Source: a virus | Taxonomy: Duplodnaviria > Caudoviricetes | Length of the DNA stretch: 54,028 bases | Strand: one strand, 5' to 3' | Virus record (IMG/VR): IMGVR_UViG_3300021137_000021 | Span: 1 to 54,028 of that record | In this document: positions 44,894 to 53,823 of the stretch, in pieces | How the letters are laid out: the number at the start of each line of letters is the position of its first letter | Position numbering within the stretch: the stretch's first letter is position 1 | The notes under the pieces: model-generated | The model's database searches: none | Seen by the model: only the letters and a program-made list of their open reading frames with translations | What the model was told of the DNA's origin: nothing | Position numbers and translations under genes: made by a program

Positions 44894-45391
44894 TTAGATT
44901 CCGTAGAGAGTGAATACAGAATATTGAGCAATATTTTGCCCCGATGTTGCCGTATCAAAACTAAGGGTTGTAATGGCAGCGGTACTAGACCAAAGTTCAG
45001 CAGAAAAAGATGGATATGCGGTGCTTGAATTGGCTTCTGCCACTACATCTATTAAAACTTGTTTGTAAGTTGAGATTGTATAATTAGGAATGTAAATACT
45101 GCAAGCGGTGAAAATATTTGCAGTATTAGTTCCATTTATTGTTGCTATGGCGCGATTGGTGCTTCGGTTTGAGCTTGTGCTTGAACCTGTTCCATTCCCA
45201 AAAGTATTAGAAATATTGGCTTGACTGCCATTAAAATACATACCTAAAGAATCATAAGTGCTATATGTGCTGGCAGCAGATATATCTATTTTTAAATCTG
45301 TGTATGTTTGAGGGATTGAAGAAAAAGTTATTGTTCCCAATCCACCTGAACCAACAACGACAGATGCAATTTTAGTTAGTGTATTAGCCAT
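44894..45391 (-). CDS. Beta-sandwich fibre-associated protein ('SSIPQTYTDL' paralog)
   Basis: ITFSSIPQTYTDL...IPNY...W..TAAIT...LYGI. Confidence 0.75.
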   Translation of the reverse strand: MANTLTKIASVVVGSGGLGTITFSSIPQTYTDLKIDISAASTYSTYDSLGMYFNGSQANISNTFGNGTGSSTSSNRSTNRAIATINGTNTANIFTACSIYIPNYTISTYKQVLIDVVAEANSSTAYPSFSAELWSSTAAITTLSFDTATSGQNIAQYSVFTLYGI

Positions 45392-45392
45392 T

Positions 45393-45920
45393 TTATGCCG
45401 CCGTTATTCCGTAGAGGGTTGCTGTTGTTCCTGCAACATAAACTGTTCCATAAGATTGACCGAAAGATATTGCGTTAATGGCGGCGGTATTTCTCCATGT
45501 AGAAACTGCCATATCTACAAATCCGCCGCTACTATAATCTGCTCCGCCCCTGCCAAGCATAGTTTTATATCCGATTGTGTTAGCGTAATTTAATACAGTG
45601 AAAACTACGCTACCGAAAATATTTGCTCCGTCTGACCCTCCGGAAGTTGAACCAGCCCAACCAAAGTTTGCATTGTTTGTGCGAGATGAACCTACGCCCG
45701 AACCATTGCCAAAAATGTATGTATAAGAATAACTGCTAGTGCCATCATTGTTGAATTGCGGAATGATTTGGCTATATGGAGTGCTGTAAGAATTGCGTCC
45801 ATAAACAACACACACTAAATCAGTATATGTTTGAGGAATTGAAGAAAATGTAATAGTTGATGTGCTTGACCCGCTAACGGTATATGTCGCAATAGGTGTA
45901 TATGTTGATTGAGCAGCCAT
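45393..45920 (-). CDS. Beta-sandwich fibre-associated protein ('SSIPQTYTDL' paralog)
   Basis: Same motif set as its neighbours. Confidence 0.75.
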   Translation of the reverse strand: MAAQSTYTPIATYTVSGSSTSTITFSSIPQTYTDLVCVVYGRNSYSTPYSQIIPQFNNDGTSSYSYTYIFGNGSGVGSSRTNNANFGWAGSTSGGSDGANIFGSVVFTVLNYANTIGYKTMLGRGGADYSSGGFVDMAVSTWRNTAAINAISFGQSYGTVYVAGTTATLYGITAA

Positions 45921-45929
45921 GATTTTCTC

Positions 45930-47225
45930 CTATGCAATTCCGTAAAGGGCAATTACCGAACCGGCAGCGAATCCTGTTTGAGATGTGCCGCCGAATTGAC
46001 TAATCGTAGCAATAGGATCATTTGTTAGCATTACAGTAGAAGATAAACCTACTGCGCCAATGCTGTTGGAATCGTAACCACCGAACATTCTGACAGTTTT
46101 ATTTTTATTTGGATTTGAATAATCTAAGATATCGATAACATAAGCACCGAATACATTTGATGAGAGATAAGCATTTGCAAATCCTATAGATAAATCTCCG
46201 TAGTTAATGCCGGTGTAAGATTGAGAATAACCTGTGCCATTGCCAAAAAGTGAATGCCCTGCAAATTGATATGCGGTGCTGCCGTTGAATCTAAAGAATG
46301 GATTTTCATTTACGCCACCGCTGCCGGTGTATGTACCTCGCACATAAACTCGTAATTGCAAATGAGTGTAGTTTTGGGGAATATTGGTAAATGAAATTGT
46401 GCCGCCCGATGGCGAAGTTACTGTTGCAATACTTGCATAAGAATTGGCACTTGTTACCGCGCTTGATGTAGCCGATGAAGCTGTGCCAAGAGAGTTGATT
46501 GCTTTAGCTGTGAAAGTAGTTGAGTTACCTAGAGTCAATGGAGCAACAATGGGACTGCCGCTTCCATAAGTCGTATTACTACTGTTATCTGTAACAGCGT
46601 AAGTTATTGCATTATCAGAGCTAGTAGGAGTGAAAGATACTGCCGCAAACCCTGCTTGATCTGTTACAGCTCCGATTGTAGGAGCTACCGGAGAAGTAGT
46701 TGAATATTGCGGGGCAACTCCATAAAGCGTAATAGTTGTATATTGCGCAAAAGTACCAAATGTTCCAATAGTTAATTGAGTGATAGGTGCAGTAGTGCGA
46801 ATAAGCCCTGCCCCCAATGTTTGAACAGAAAATGCTGCATTTTGTTCCGCAACGATATCACTTACTATTTGCTTGAAATTACTAGATGTGTAGTTAGCAA
46901 TTTTAATCGTAGCAATACTGAATGAATTTGCAGTTGAATTGGCTTCATTTATTTGACCAGCATAATAAAAATCACCACTACTGCTGTATGCTTGATCGGA
47001 ATAAACACCTGAGCCGTTACCATATAAACGAATGCTTGCGTAAGAGTTGAAACCGCTTAAACCGCCTACTTGCATATACATTTGATTAGTAACTGTTGAG
47101 TCCAAACCTCTGCCAGACACAACTATTTTTAAATCAGTAAATCCTTGCGGAATATTATTAAAGACGACATTACCGCCACCGCTGCCGACAGTTTGTGTGA
47201 AAATGGGTTGCATAAATACAGACAT
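45930..47225 (-). CDS. Two 'IPQ' beta-sandwich domains joined by an FN3-like domain
   Basis: FNNIPQGFTDL...LYGV; APTIG...FTP...FTAKAINSLG; FTNIPQNYTHL...LYGI. Confidence 0.75.
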   Translation of the reverse strand: MSVFMQPIFTQTVGSGGGNVVFNNIPQGFTDLKIVVSGRGLDSTVTNQMYMQVGGLSGFNSYASIRLYGNGSGVYSDQAYSSSGDFYYAGQINEANSTANSFSIATIKIANYTSSNFKQIVSDIVAEQNAAFSVQTLGAGLIRTTAPITQLTIGTFGTFAQYTTITLYGVAPQYSTTSPVAPTIGAVTDQAGFAAVSFTPTSSDNAITYAVTDNSSNTTYGSGSPIVAPLTLGNSTTFTAKAINSLGTASSATSSAVTSANSYASIATVTSPSGGTISFTNIPQNYTHLQLRVYVRGTYTGSGGVNENPFFRFNGSTAYQFAGHSLFGNGTGYSQSYTGINYGDLSIGFANAYLSSNVFGAYVIDILDYSNPNKNKTVRMFGGYDSNSIGAVGLSSTVMLTNDPIATISQFGGTSQTGFAAGSVIALYGIA

Positions 47226-47227
47226 TG

Positions 47228-47761
47228 TTATGCCCCTGTCGTATTAGAAACAGAGACCCCATAAAGGTCAATTCTAGAATATTGAACGAATGAACCGGCT
47301 GAAGGAGTAATAGTTAAACTAGTAATCGCTGCTGTACTTAACCATATTCCTGACCATAAGCCAAGCAAACCTGCACTTGTATTGAAATCTGCTCCGTTAA
47401 TTGCTTGAACAGTTTTATATTTGTGAGTGTTTGTATAATCTAAAATATCACCAACGCTTATGCCATAAGTATTTGCGGTATCCGTATTTCCGCCAACCCA
47501 GCCAAGGTCAGTAGACCCTGTAAAACTTGATGAAAATGGGCTTCCCGAATTAGTGCCATTACCGCCTATGTAATGTGTATAGTAATTTCCTACCGTGAAA
47601 TCACTATTGAAATTGAGTGGCATATTTGTTCCGGAAGAACCTGATGATCTTCCAAAAGCGCGAATATGTAAATGGGTGAATGTTTGAGGAATTGAAGAAA
47701 ATGTAATGGAAGCTGCTCCACCTGAACCGACAGTAGAACTAGCAATAGGGTACATACTCAT
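47228..47761 (-). CDS. Beta-sandwich fibre-associated protein ('SSIPQT' paralog)
   Basis: ITFSSIPQTFTHL...ILDY...W..TAAITSL...LYGV. Confidence 0.75.
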   Translation of the reverse strand: MSMYPIASSTVGSGGAASITFSSIPQTFTHLHIRAFGRSSGSSGTNMPLNFNSDFTVGNYYTHYIGGNGTNSGSPFSSSFTGSTDLGWVGGNTDTANTYGISVGDILDYTNTHKYKTVQAINGADFNTSAGLLGLWSGIWLSTAAITSLTITPSAGSFVQYSRIDLYGVSVSNTTGA

Positions 47762-48333
47762 TGACCTACGCTCCTAACGCCATATAGAGCCGCACTTGAA
47801 CCTGCTACAAAATTGCCATAAGTGGCTACTTGCAAAGTAGTAATTGCAGATGTTTGCGCCCAAAGACCAATAGTTAAAGCAGATACCCCTGAACCATTGA
47901 CATTTCCGGCGCTTTGGATTAAGCAACTTTTATTTGTCGTAGTGCTGGCATAATTTAATAAATGTGCTTCGCTCATGCCATATAAATTGCTAGGCGCGCC
48001 CGAACTTGGAAATACTGCAACTGTTGATTGGAAGCCGTATGTAGGGCTTGATGTTGTGAATCTATTTGATGCGTAAGAAGAACCATTGCCATACAAACCT
48101 GTTGCGCTAAAATTAGCAGTTCCTGACGCCTGTTGCGTGTATAAAGATAATCCTGAAGGCAGCACTCCACCGATATCTGATCTGCCATATACAACCAAAT
48201 ATAAATCTTGATAGATTTGCGGAATGTTATTGAAATAAATAACAGCCGTAGTGGTAGTTAAAGATTGATATCCAAGAGGAACATAAGCGCCATGAGCGCT
48301 AGCATTAAGAGAAGGAATAAGAGCAGGACTCAT
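47758..48333 (-). CDS. Beta-sandwich fibre-associated protein ('IPQ' paralog; start MSPALIP at 48333)
   Basis: FNNIPQIYQDL...LLNY...W..TSAITTL...LYGV; ATGA overlap with the upstream gene. Confidence 0.72.
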   Translation of the reverse strand: MSPALIPSLNASAHGAYVPLGYQSLTTTTAVIYFNNIPQIYQDLYLVVYGRSDIGGVLPSGLSLYTQQASGTANFSATGLYGNGSSYASNRFTTSSPTYGFQSTVAVFPSSGAPSNLYGMSEAHLLNYASTTTNKSCLIQSAGNVNGSGVSALTIGLWAQTSAITTLQVATYGNFVAGSSAALYGVRSVGQ

Positions 48334-48815
48334 GCGGTGATATCTCCTACCAAGACCCACGTATCTGTGGCTCTCTTAATAAGAGTTGCTGCTGACCACT
48401 GGGCACGAAGCTTTAGCCCAGGGTTTGAATTTAATGTCACCCCGCTTGTTGCTGCTACAGTCACCTGACCAGTGTTTGTTTGAAGTAACTGGATTTGTGT
48501 ACCGATTGGGAAAGCCACTGTAGCGTTTACTGGGATTGTGAGAGTAATAGGTGAGGTGTTGCTAAGCTCAATGTTCTTAGAAACATCTGTCAAAACCAAG
48601 GTATACGATGTTCCTGTTTGGGCGTTTGTCACCATAGTTGGAAATGCGATTTGGTTGACGTATGCGAGAGCTGTCCAGGTAGAAGTACCGTTGCCGATCT
48701 TCATATAACCAGTATCGGTCTCAACGCCTGGCTCACCAGCTGCAAGAATTGGGTTTGTGGAAGTCCAAAGAGCCGCTGTACCACGGCGTAGTTGAATCTG
48801 TGTTTGTACAGCCAT
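48330..48815 (-). CDS. Fibre adaptor with Mtd-N/hyaluronidase-N-like domain
   Basis: QIQLRRGTAALWTSTNPILAAGEPGVETDTGYMKIGNG...W..LAY; C-terminal FPIGTQI...WVLVGD domain. Confidence 0.8.
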   Translation of the reverse strand: MAVQTQIQLRRGTAALWTSTNPILAAGEPGVETDTGYMKIGNGTSTWTALAYVNQIAFPTMVTNAQTGTSYTLVLTDVSKNIELSNTSPITLTIPVNATVAFPIGTQIQLLQTNTGQVTVAATSGVTLNSNPGLKLRAQWSAATLIKRATDTWVLVGDITA

Positions 48816-49222
48816 TATGGCGTTCCTCCGTTAAACGTATTAGCCCAACTTGCGGTGGTTGGATCGCCACCGTTATATGCAGCAATACTATCATAAGTTC
48901 CGCCATCTACGGCTGTGATAATAGAGCTTGCTGCGCCACTGCCTCCGGCACCTACTTCTAACCAGTAGCTAGAGTAGTAGATAAACAGCTGACCGGTATT
49001 AGAGTCAAACCACAAAGCTCCCGTAGTTGGGGTTGGCGTGGTTGGGGCTGTTGCCGAAACTGTGATGCTTCCGCCACCGCCTGCAATGGTTGTCCATGCT
49101 GTGCCGTTATAGACCTTTACGGTATTGCTGGTGGTATTGAAATATAGGTCGCCTACTGTACCCGTAGCTGGGTCAGCTGCCTCATTTAAGAGGTTTATAG
49201 GGGTCAGGAATGGGCGTGACAC
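48815..49222 (-). CDS. Short fibre/adaptor protein
   Basis: Two 'G.L(Y/W)F...(Y)...W' fibre repeats; N-terminus paralogous to 49232..50989 (R.FLTPINL). Confidence 0.72.
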   Translation of the reverse strand: MSRPFLTPINLLNEAADPATGTVGDLYFNTTSNTVKVYNGTAWTTIAGGGGSITVSATAPTTPTPTTGALWFDSNTGQLFIYYSSYWLEVGAGGSGAASSIITAVDGGTYDSIAAYNGGDPTTASWANTFNGGTP

Positions 49223-49231
49223 CTAAGCCTC

Positions 49232-50989
49232 CTATGCGTGGACTACTACTCGGATTTGGTTCGTTGTAGGGGCGTTTGCAAAGGCTACTGTAATTGTGTT
49301 CGTAGTAGAGTGCGTAACGTCCGCAACATACTCAACAAAAGTTGAGTTATCGTACAATGTTACCATGACATCTTGTGTTCCGAGATTGTGGGTGACTGTG
49401 AAGGATGTGCTTGAACCGTTACCGATTGATGTAGCGTACTTACGTACTACCACAGTGCTGTCTACGGCCACTGTATTGGCTGTAGCGGCTCCGGATCCTG
49501 TAAGGGTAATACCAAGACCAGCGGTTACTGTTAGGCCGCTAGAAGAGGTTGCAAGGCCTGAATTGGTGGCAAGGAGGATCAAGGCACCAGAGGAGTTTGT
49601 TGTCAAACCACCTGTGCTTGTTGGGTTAAAGGTTAAGCCACTGCTTGAGGTAGCAAGACCTGAAGTAGATGGGAGAAGGATGTACCCGCCAGTAGATCCT
49701 GTAGCCAAACCGCCAGTTGATAGTGGGGCAAAGGTGAAGTTAGATCCGGTTAGGGATACGCCGTTAGAAGCTGTGTAAGTTCCAGCACCAGAGAACTGAG
49801 TAAAGTTAAGTCCGTCTGTACCAAACTTGATACCGTCATATGGAGTTGTTGAGGTACCAACTACTGTCTGTACCCAACCAGTCTTTCCATATACTGTTCC
49901 GTATGATACGTAGATAAAGTCACCAGCAACTACCTGAGCCTGAATATGGTTGTCATAGTCAGTAGCACGGGTGAGAACAGTTGCTACGCCTGAAGATCCG
50001 TTTGTTGTTACGGTATAGATACCGTTAGCAATAGAGGTTGATCCCGCATAAGCAGTAACACCGCCTGTTACAAGAACACGGTCACCAAGTTGAAGTGGAT
50101 CTGGACCAGTATCAATTGTTAGCTGACCTGTTGCAGCATAAGTAATTGTTGCACCAACACCTGTACCACCATCAGCACCAGTTGTACCGGCTGCGTAGGT
50201 ACCCGCAATAGTTCCTGCAATTAAGAATTCAACAGAACCGTGAACGTTAAGTGAGCTTGCAGCTGCATCAGCGTATGCCTTGTTAACTGCATCTCCAGCG
50301 TTAACTGGTGTTGCAAGATTTGTGATGCTGTATCCGCCCATAGAGAATGAAGCGGTTGGTGTACCAAAGGTATTAAGTGGGAAGTTAGCAGTAGTGAGGC
50401 CGTGGCTGTGACCTGAGTCAGAAGCTGTTCCTACTGAACCTGCAGTGCTAGATGTAGAAGATACTGCGTTAGCTGCTGTAGCAGAAAGTGATGGGGTTCC
50501 GTGTGTGTGGTCTGAGTGAGCCACTGTTGTAGCAGAACCTGTTGAAGCTGAGATGCCGTATGTAATAGCGGCTGTTACTGAACCAAACCCCGGACCAGCA
50601 TGTGTGTGGTCTGCACGAGCGTAGTTAGTTGATGTTCCATCAGCAGATGTGCCCGCAATAGTAAGAGCGGTAGATTGACCAGAACCAAAAGCCTGAGTCT
50701 GTTGCCAAACAGTTCCGTTTGACTCATAGATCAAATAGTTATCGGTTGCGTAGTAGAACGTACCGGCAGAAACTGACGATGCTGTTGGACGAGCTGAGAG
50801 TGTACCAGCAGAGATTGCTCCTGCTTCAGCCCATGCGGTACCGTTGTAGATGTAAAGATTGTTAGTGCTGGTGTTGTAGTAAACCTGACCTGTTACAGGC
50901 GTTGACGGTGCTGTAGCTAGGTTTTGAATACGAGCATTCTGAAGTTCATTCTGATTCAGATTGATCGGGGTTAGAAAACTACGGGCCAT
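49232..50989 (-). CDS. Long fibre protein
   Basis: GQVYYNT repeats, three HxH motifs, ITNLATP...DAVNKAY, GDRVLV...NGIY...LTRATD, C-terminal VTHNLGT domain. Confidence 0.8.
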   Translation of the reverse strand: MARSFLTPINLNQNELQNARIQNLATAPSTPVTGQVYYNTSTNNLYIYNGTAWAEAGAISAGTLSARPTASSVSAGTFYYATDNYLIYESNGTVWQQTQAFGSGQSTALTIAGTSADGTSTNYARADHTHAGPGFGSVTAAITYGISASTGSATTVAHSDHTHGTPSLSATAANAVSSTSSTAGSVGTASDSGHSHGLTTANFPLNTFGTPTASFSMGGYSITNLATPVNAGDAVNKAYADAAASSLNVHGSVEFLIAGTIAGTYAAGTTGADGGTGVGATITYAATGQLTIDTGPDPLQLGDRVLVTGGVTAYAGSTSIANGIYTVTTNGSSGVATVLTRATDYDNHIQAQVVAGDFIYVSYGTVYGKTGWVQTVVGTSTTPYDGIKFGTDGLNFTQFSGAGTYTASNGVSLTGSNFTFAPLSTGGLATGSTGGYILLPSTSGLATSSSGLTFNPTSTGGLTTNSSGALILLATNSGLATSSSGLTVTAGLGITLTGSGAATANTVAVDSTVVVRKYATSIGNGSSTSFTVTHNLGTQDVMVTLYDNSTFVEYVADVTHSTTNTITVAFANAPTTNQIRVVVHA

Positions 50990-51001
50990 TTATTCTTCTC
51001 C

Positions 51002-51361
51002 TTAAGAAAGGTAAGCGTTTCCACTAAAAGCCGAGGTGAACGTGACAGTCAGGTTGTTCGTATCGGTGTAGTGGATCTCACCTTCTACTATGGTACCTGC
51101 TGAGTCTACAACAGTTACGTTCGGATAAAAGTTTAAATTATGCTGAATTACCCAGGTATTGTTTGGAACCATCTGGGTATAGTTAAAGGCAATAGCTGGA
51201 ATAGCTAGTGTCTGGCTAGTTAAAACAATAGGAGCCGGCTCATTGATTGTTACGGCTTCTTGGTTGCAATTCCCGCAGGTACAGGTTCCTGTGCCACTGC
51301 AAGAATAGGTTATATTAGTTGTGGCTGATGTGCCAGAAGGGGTCCAGACTGTAGGGCTCAT
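51002..51361 (-). CDS. Small virion protein (HNL domain)
   Basis: WVIQHNLNFYPNVTVVDSAG...FSGNAYLS; N-terminal CSG...CTCGNC. Confidence 0.7.
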   Translation of the reverse strand: MSPTVWTPSGTSATTNITYSCSGTGTCTCGNCNQEAVTINEPAPIVLTSQTLAIPAIAFNYTQMVPNNTWVIQHNLNFYPNVTVVDSAGTIVEGEIHYTDTNNLTVTFTSAFSGNAYLS

Positions 51362-52701
51362 ACGACACCATATCCTGAAGAGTTAGTGACCGATGGGAAG
51401 GTGTGGACTTTACCGCCAAAGTATGTCTTTATTAGGCCGTTTTGGTCAGTCAACCTTAGGTCATAGTACGAAGTTCTTGGAAGTCTTTCCGTGACACTGC
51501 TTGGAAGAGTCATCTTTAATAGGCTTGGGTAAGACCCGCCCAAAGGAGTTACCTTTGTAATACTAAAGGTGCCTAGTACAACAGGACCAACTTGTGAGAA
51601 GTCGCTGTTCTGGTATAGGACAATCTCTGAAGCTGGGGTGTAATTGGTAAGATCAAAGGTAAAGCCGAATTCCATAGCAAAGTCGTCTCCAGAGTACATC
51701 TCCAGATCCTGTACCATAATTGGCTCTGGGGGTGTAACATCCCCGTATGTAGGCATTGGTAGCATGACACGCTGTGGTAGGGACCAATCGTCAACCTCTT
51801 GTGGCCTATAGATAGGGACATAACGATTTGTAAGGCGGCTGATACGGCGCAAGCTAGCAACCTCAATACGGTAAAGACCGACATTGAGCATAGCACAGAG
51901 TTCTTTGTACTGTTCTTTACGGGTTTGTACAATCTCCATCAACTGACGATAGCGTTCAGTTCTAGGGATATTTACTCCATCAGGAGAAAGAATGTCAATA
52001 TCAAATGCCGCATCAGTTGCCAAGGTATATAGGGCCAAGGTTGACGCCAAAATAGTTAGTGGGTACTCTTCAATAGGCGGCAAGAAAGCAAGTTGAGTAA
52101 TACTACTGCCCAAACTTGTGGTTTCTGTACCGGCATGTTGAGTAAAAGCTGTGTTGATAAAGTAAGCAATGTCAGAGTCTGTAAAGTAGCGATATGCCTG
52201 ACCTGAGATATTAATGATGGCGCCATTAACTGGGGCCACTGCCAAGGTAAGAACTCCTGTGCCCTCTTCAATAATAGCTGTAGAAGATACGCTCTGAGTA
52301 TTTATTGAGGCTACTGCCTGAGCTGAAGGGGCATTGGTGATTGCTGTACCTGTGGCACTGCTGGCCACTGTAAAACCTGTTGCTGTAACCCCGGTAATAA
52401 GAACATTTGTTAGGTTAAAGGCTGTGGTAGAAAGGCCTGTAATAGTTACTTGTTGTCCCACTACAAAGTTGTTGCTTGGAGTTACATATGTAATAACGCC
52501 TAAAGAGGCTGAAGCTCCTGTGACAACCGCTGTTGAGGCTGGAGTTGTTATGTTAACTGAAAGGGTAGAACCTTGAACTGGAGCCTGAGAAAGTTGAAAA
52601 CGGGCCGTAGAGCCATCTCCGGTTAGTACGTCTACGAAGGATCGTGCAGTATCGCCAAGTTCTGAGCGTAAACTGCTGGAAAGCGCACTTAATGTTGCCA
52701 C
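51358..52701 (-). CDS. Head-tail adaptor/neck protein with inserted beta domains
   Basis: LRSELGD...YFTDSDI helical adaptor pattern, SPDGVNIPRTERYRQL; C-terminal Ig-like domain (GDDF...YYDL). Confidence 0.6.
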   Translation of the reverse strand: MATLSALSSSLRSELGDTARSFVDVLTGDGSTARFQLSQAPVQGSTLSVNITTPASTAVVTGASASLGVITYVTPSNNFVVGQQVTITGLSTTAFNLTNVLITGVTATGFTVASSATGTAITNAPSAQAVASINTQSVSSTAIIEEGTGVLTLAVAPVNGAIINISGQAYRYFTDSDIAYFINTAFTQHAGTETTSLGSSITQLAFLPPIEEYPLTILASTLALYTLATDAAFDIDILSPDGVNIPRTERYRQLMEIVQTRKEQYKELCAMLNVGLYRIEVASLRRISRLTNRYVPIYRPQEVDDWSLPQRVMLPMPTYGDVTPPEPIMVQDLEMYSGDDFAMEFGFTFDLTNYTPASEIVLYQNSDFSQVGPVVLGTFSITKVTPLGGSYPSLLKMTLPSSVTERLPRTSYYDLRLTDQNGLIKTYFGGKVHTFPSVTNSSGYGVV

Positions 52702-52759
52702 AAATCCTCCATCGGAATAGTAGGTAAATCATCCAACAAAACAAGCAATTAGTCTTGCT

Positions 52760-52804
52760 AAAAAAAGGGCTCTCATAGACAGGAGGGCGGTTGTCTATGA
52801 GAGC
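52760..52804 (-). terminator. Rho-independent terminator
   Basis: Perfect 13-bp stem GCTCTCATAGACA/TGTCTATGAGAGC, 10-nt loop, then CC and T7. Confidence 0.85.
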
Positions 52805-52820
52805 GATCTAGGGGTGCAGC

Positions 52821-53189
52821 TTACATACGGTCGTACAAGTAACCCTTTTCCTGAAGGTGTGCTGCGACATGCTTCGGTACCTTGTACTTCTTACCTGCTT
52901 GGAAAGAATAATGATTACCAGAGCCAATTGTGACCATATCTAGGTTCTCAGCTACTCGGATGATGACCTGGTCATCTGCAAGGCTTACGCCTACGCTTTC
53001 AACTTCATCAAGAACTGTTGGTGCTTCTGGCTTCTGTGTAAGATCAACGACTTCAGTCTCATCTTTGTGAGCCTTAGTCTGTGTAGCTAATGAAATCTCA
53101 TTAGCACGCTCTGCTAGCGCTTCTGCGTTTGCCTCTAGTAGGGCCTCACGCTGACGTCCTGTAACATCTGTAACTTTTGCTTTTGCCAC
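52821..53189 (-). CDS. Hypothetical head-associated protein
   Basis: AGGAG RBS; acidic N-terminus, C-terminal GKKYKVP...HL.EKG; downstream of the capsid gene. Confidence 0.72.
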   Translation of the reverse strand: MAKAKVTDVTGRQREALLEANAEALAERANEISLATQTKAHKDETEVVDLTQKPEAPTVLDEVESVGVSLADDQVIIRVAENLDMVTIGSGNHYSFQAGKKYKVPKHVAAHLQEKGYLYDRM

Positions 53190-53205
53190 GATATATATTC
53201 TCCTG

Positions 53206-53739
53206 TTAGTTAGATTGTTTAATGTACTTAATTGCGGCCTTTAGAAGTTCTATATTGTCCATAAACCTACCTAAGCCATTATTGCACTGATTACAAAGAA
53301 GTCCCCTTACTTCACCGGTATCGTGGGAATGATCCACACAAGCCTCTGAAGTATCAGAAAACGGAGTTTTGCAGATGGCACAGGATTCCTCCTGATCTTT
53401 CCACATCTCCTGAAACTGTTCCCACTCAATACCGTATTTACTTCTACGATTATGTGTAGATATGCATTTTCTACAGCTTCTAGAGCCATCCGATTTAATT
53501 CTAGTGTTCTCTTCGTTGTATTCATGACCATTTGCACAATGGGTCTTATTCTTATTCCAAGTTCCTATAGTATCTGATTCAGGTATTCCTTTACGCTTTC
53601 TTTGCCAATTCATTCGGCAAATCTTGCAAATTACCTTACCAGCTAATCTAGCCCCTTTGGGATATGTATAAGCAGTTTCTTCTGTAACCATATGTCCGTT
53701 AGAACATATACTGCCAATATTCAATTTTATTCTTGCCAT
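53206..53739 (-). CDS. Free-standing homing endonuclease, endonuclease VII-type domain (start MARIK at 53739)
   Basis: Two C.NGH...CxxC zinc modules, then KYGI...Q...CAIC...VDHSHDTGEVRGLLCNQCNNGLG. Confidence 0.88.
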   Translation of the reverse strand: MARIKLNIGSICSNGHMVTEETAYTYPKGARLAGKVICKICRMNWQRKRKGIPESDTIGTWNKNKTHCANGHEYNEENTRIKSDGSRSCRKCISTHNRRSKYGIEWEQFQEMWKDQEESCAICKTPFSDTSEACVDHSHDTGEVRGLLCNQCNNGLGRFMDNIELLKAAIKYIKQSN

Positions 53740-53744
53740 GTTGC

Positions 53745-53794
53745 CTCCGATACCTAAGAGTGAAGGTTTACCCCTCACCCTTAGTATATCAGAG
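53745..53794 (-). promoter_or_regulatory. RBS-sequestering hairpin containing an extended -10 element
   Basis: CTCTGATAT-A-CTAAGGGTGAGGG pairs with CCTTCACTCTTAG-GTATCGGAG, covering GGAG; TGATATACT lies in the 5' arm. Confidence 0.65.
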
Positions 53795-53823
53795 TTCAGA
53801 CTTATTACAGACCAGTTTGGGTC

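Noticed and set aside
37339-48815. Diversity-generating retroelement (prompted by the Mtd-N-like domain and repeated RBP ends)
   Set aside because: No reverse transcriptase in the window and no ~100-bp repeat pair differing only at adenines; the Mtd-like match is only the N-terminal anchor.
1470-52576. All plus-strand ORFs in the track (e.g. 1470..1742, 27941..28321, 33323..33790, 49296..49778)
   Set aside because: Antisense shadows of well-supported minus-strand genes, with no recognisable motifs.
531-53537. Short alternate-frame minus-strand ORFs (e.g. 531..770, 5464..5646, 35604..35891, 39004..39414, 51573..51932, 53307..53537)
   Set aside because: Nested in or overlapping better-supported genes; no motifs.
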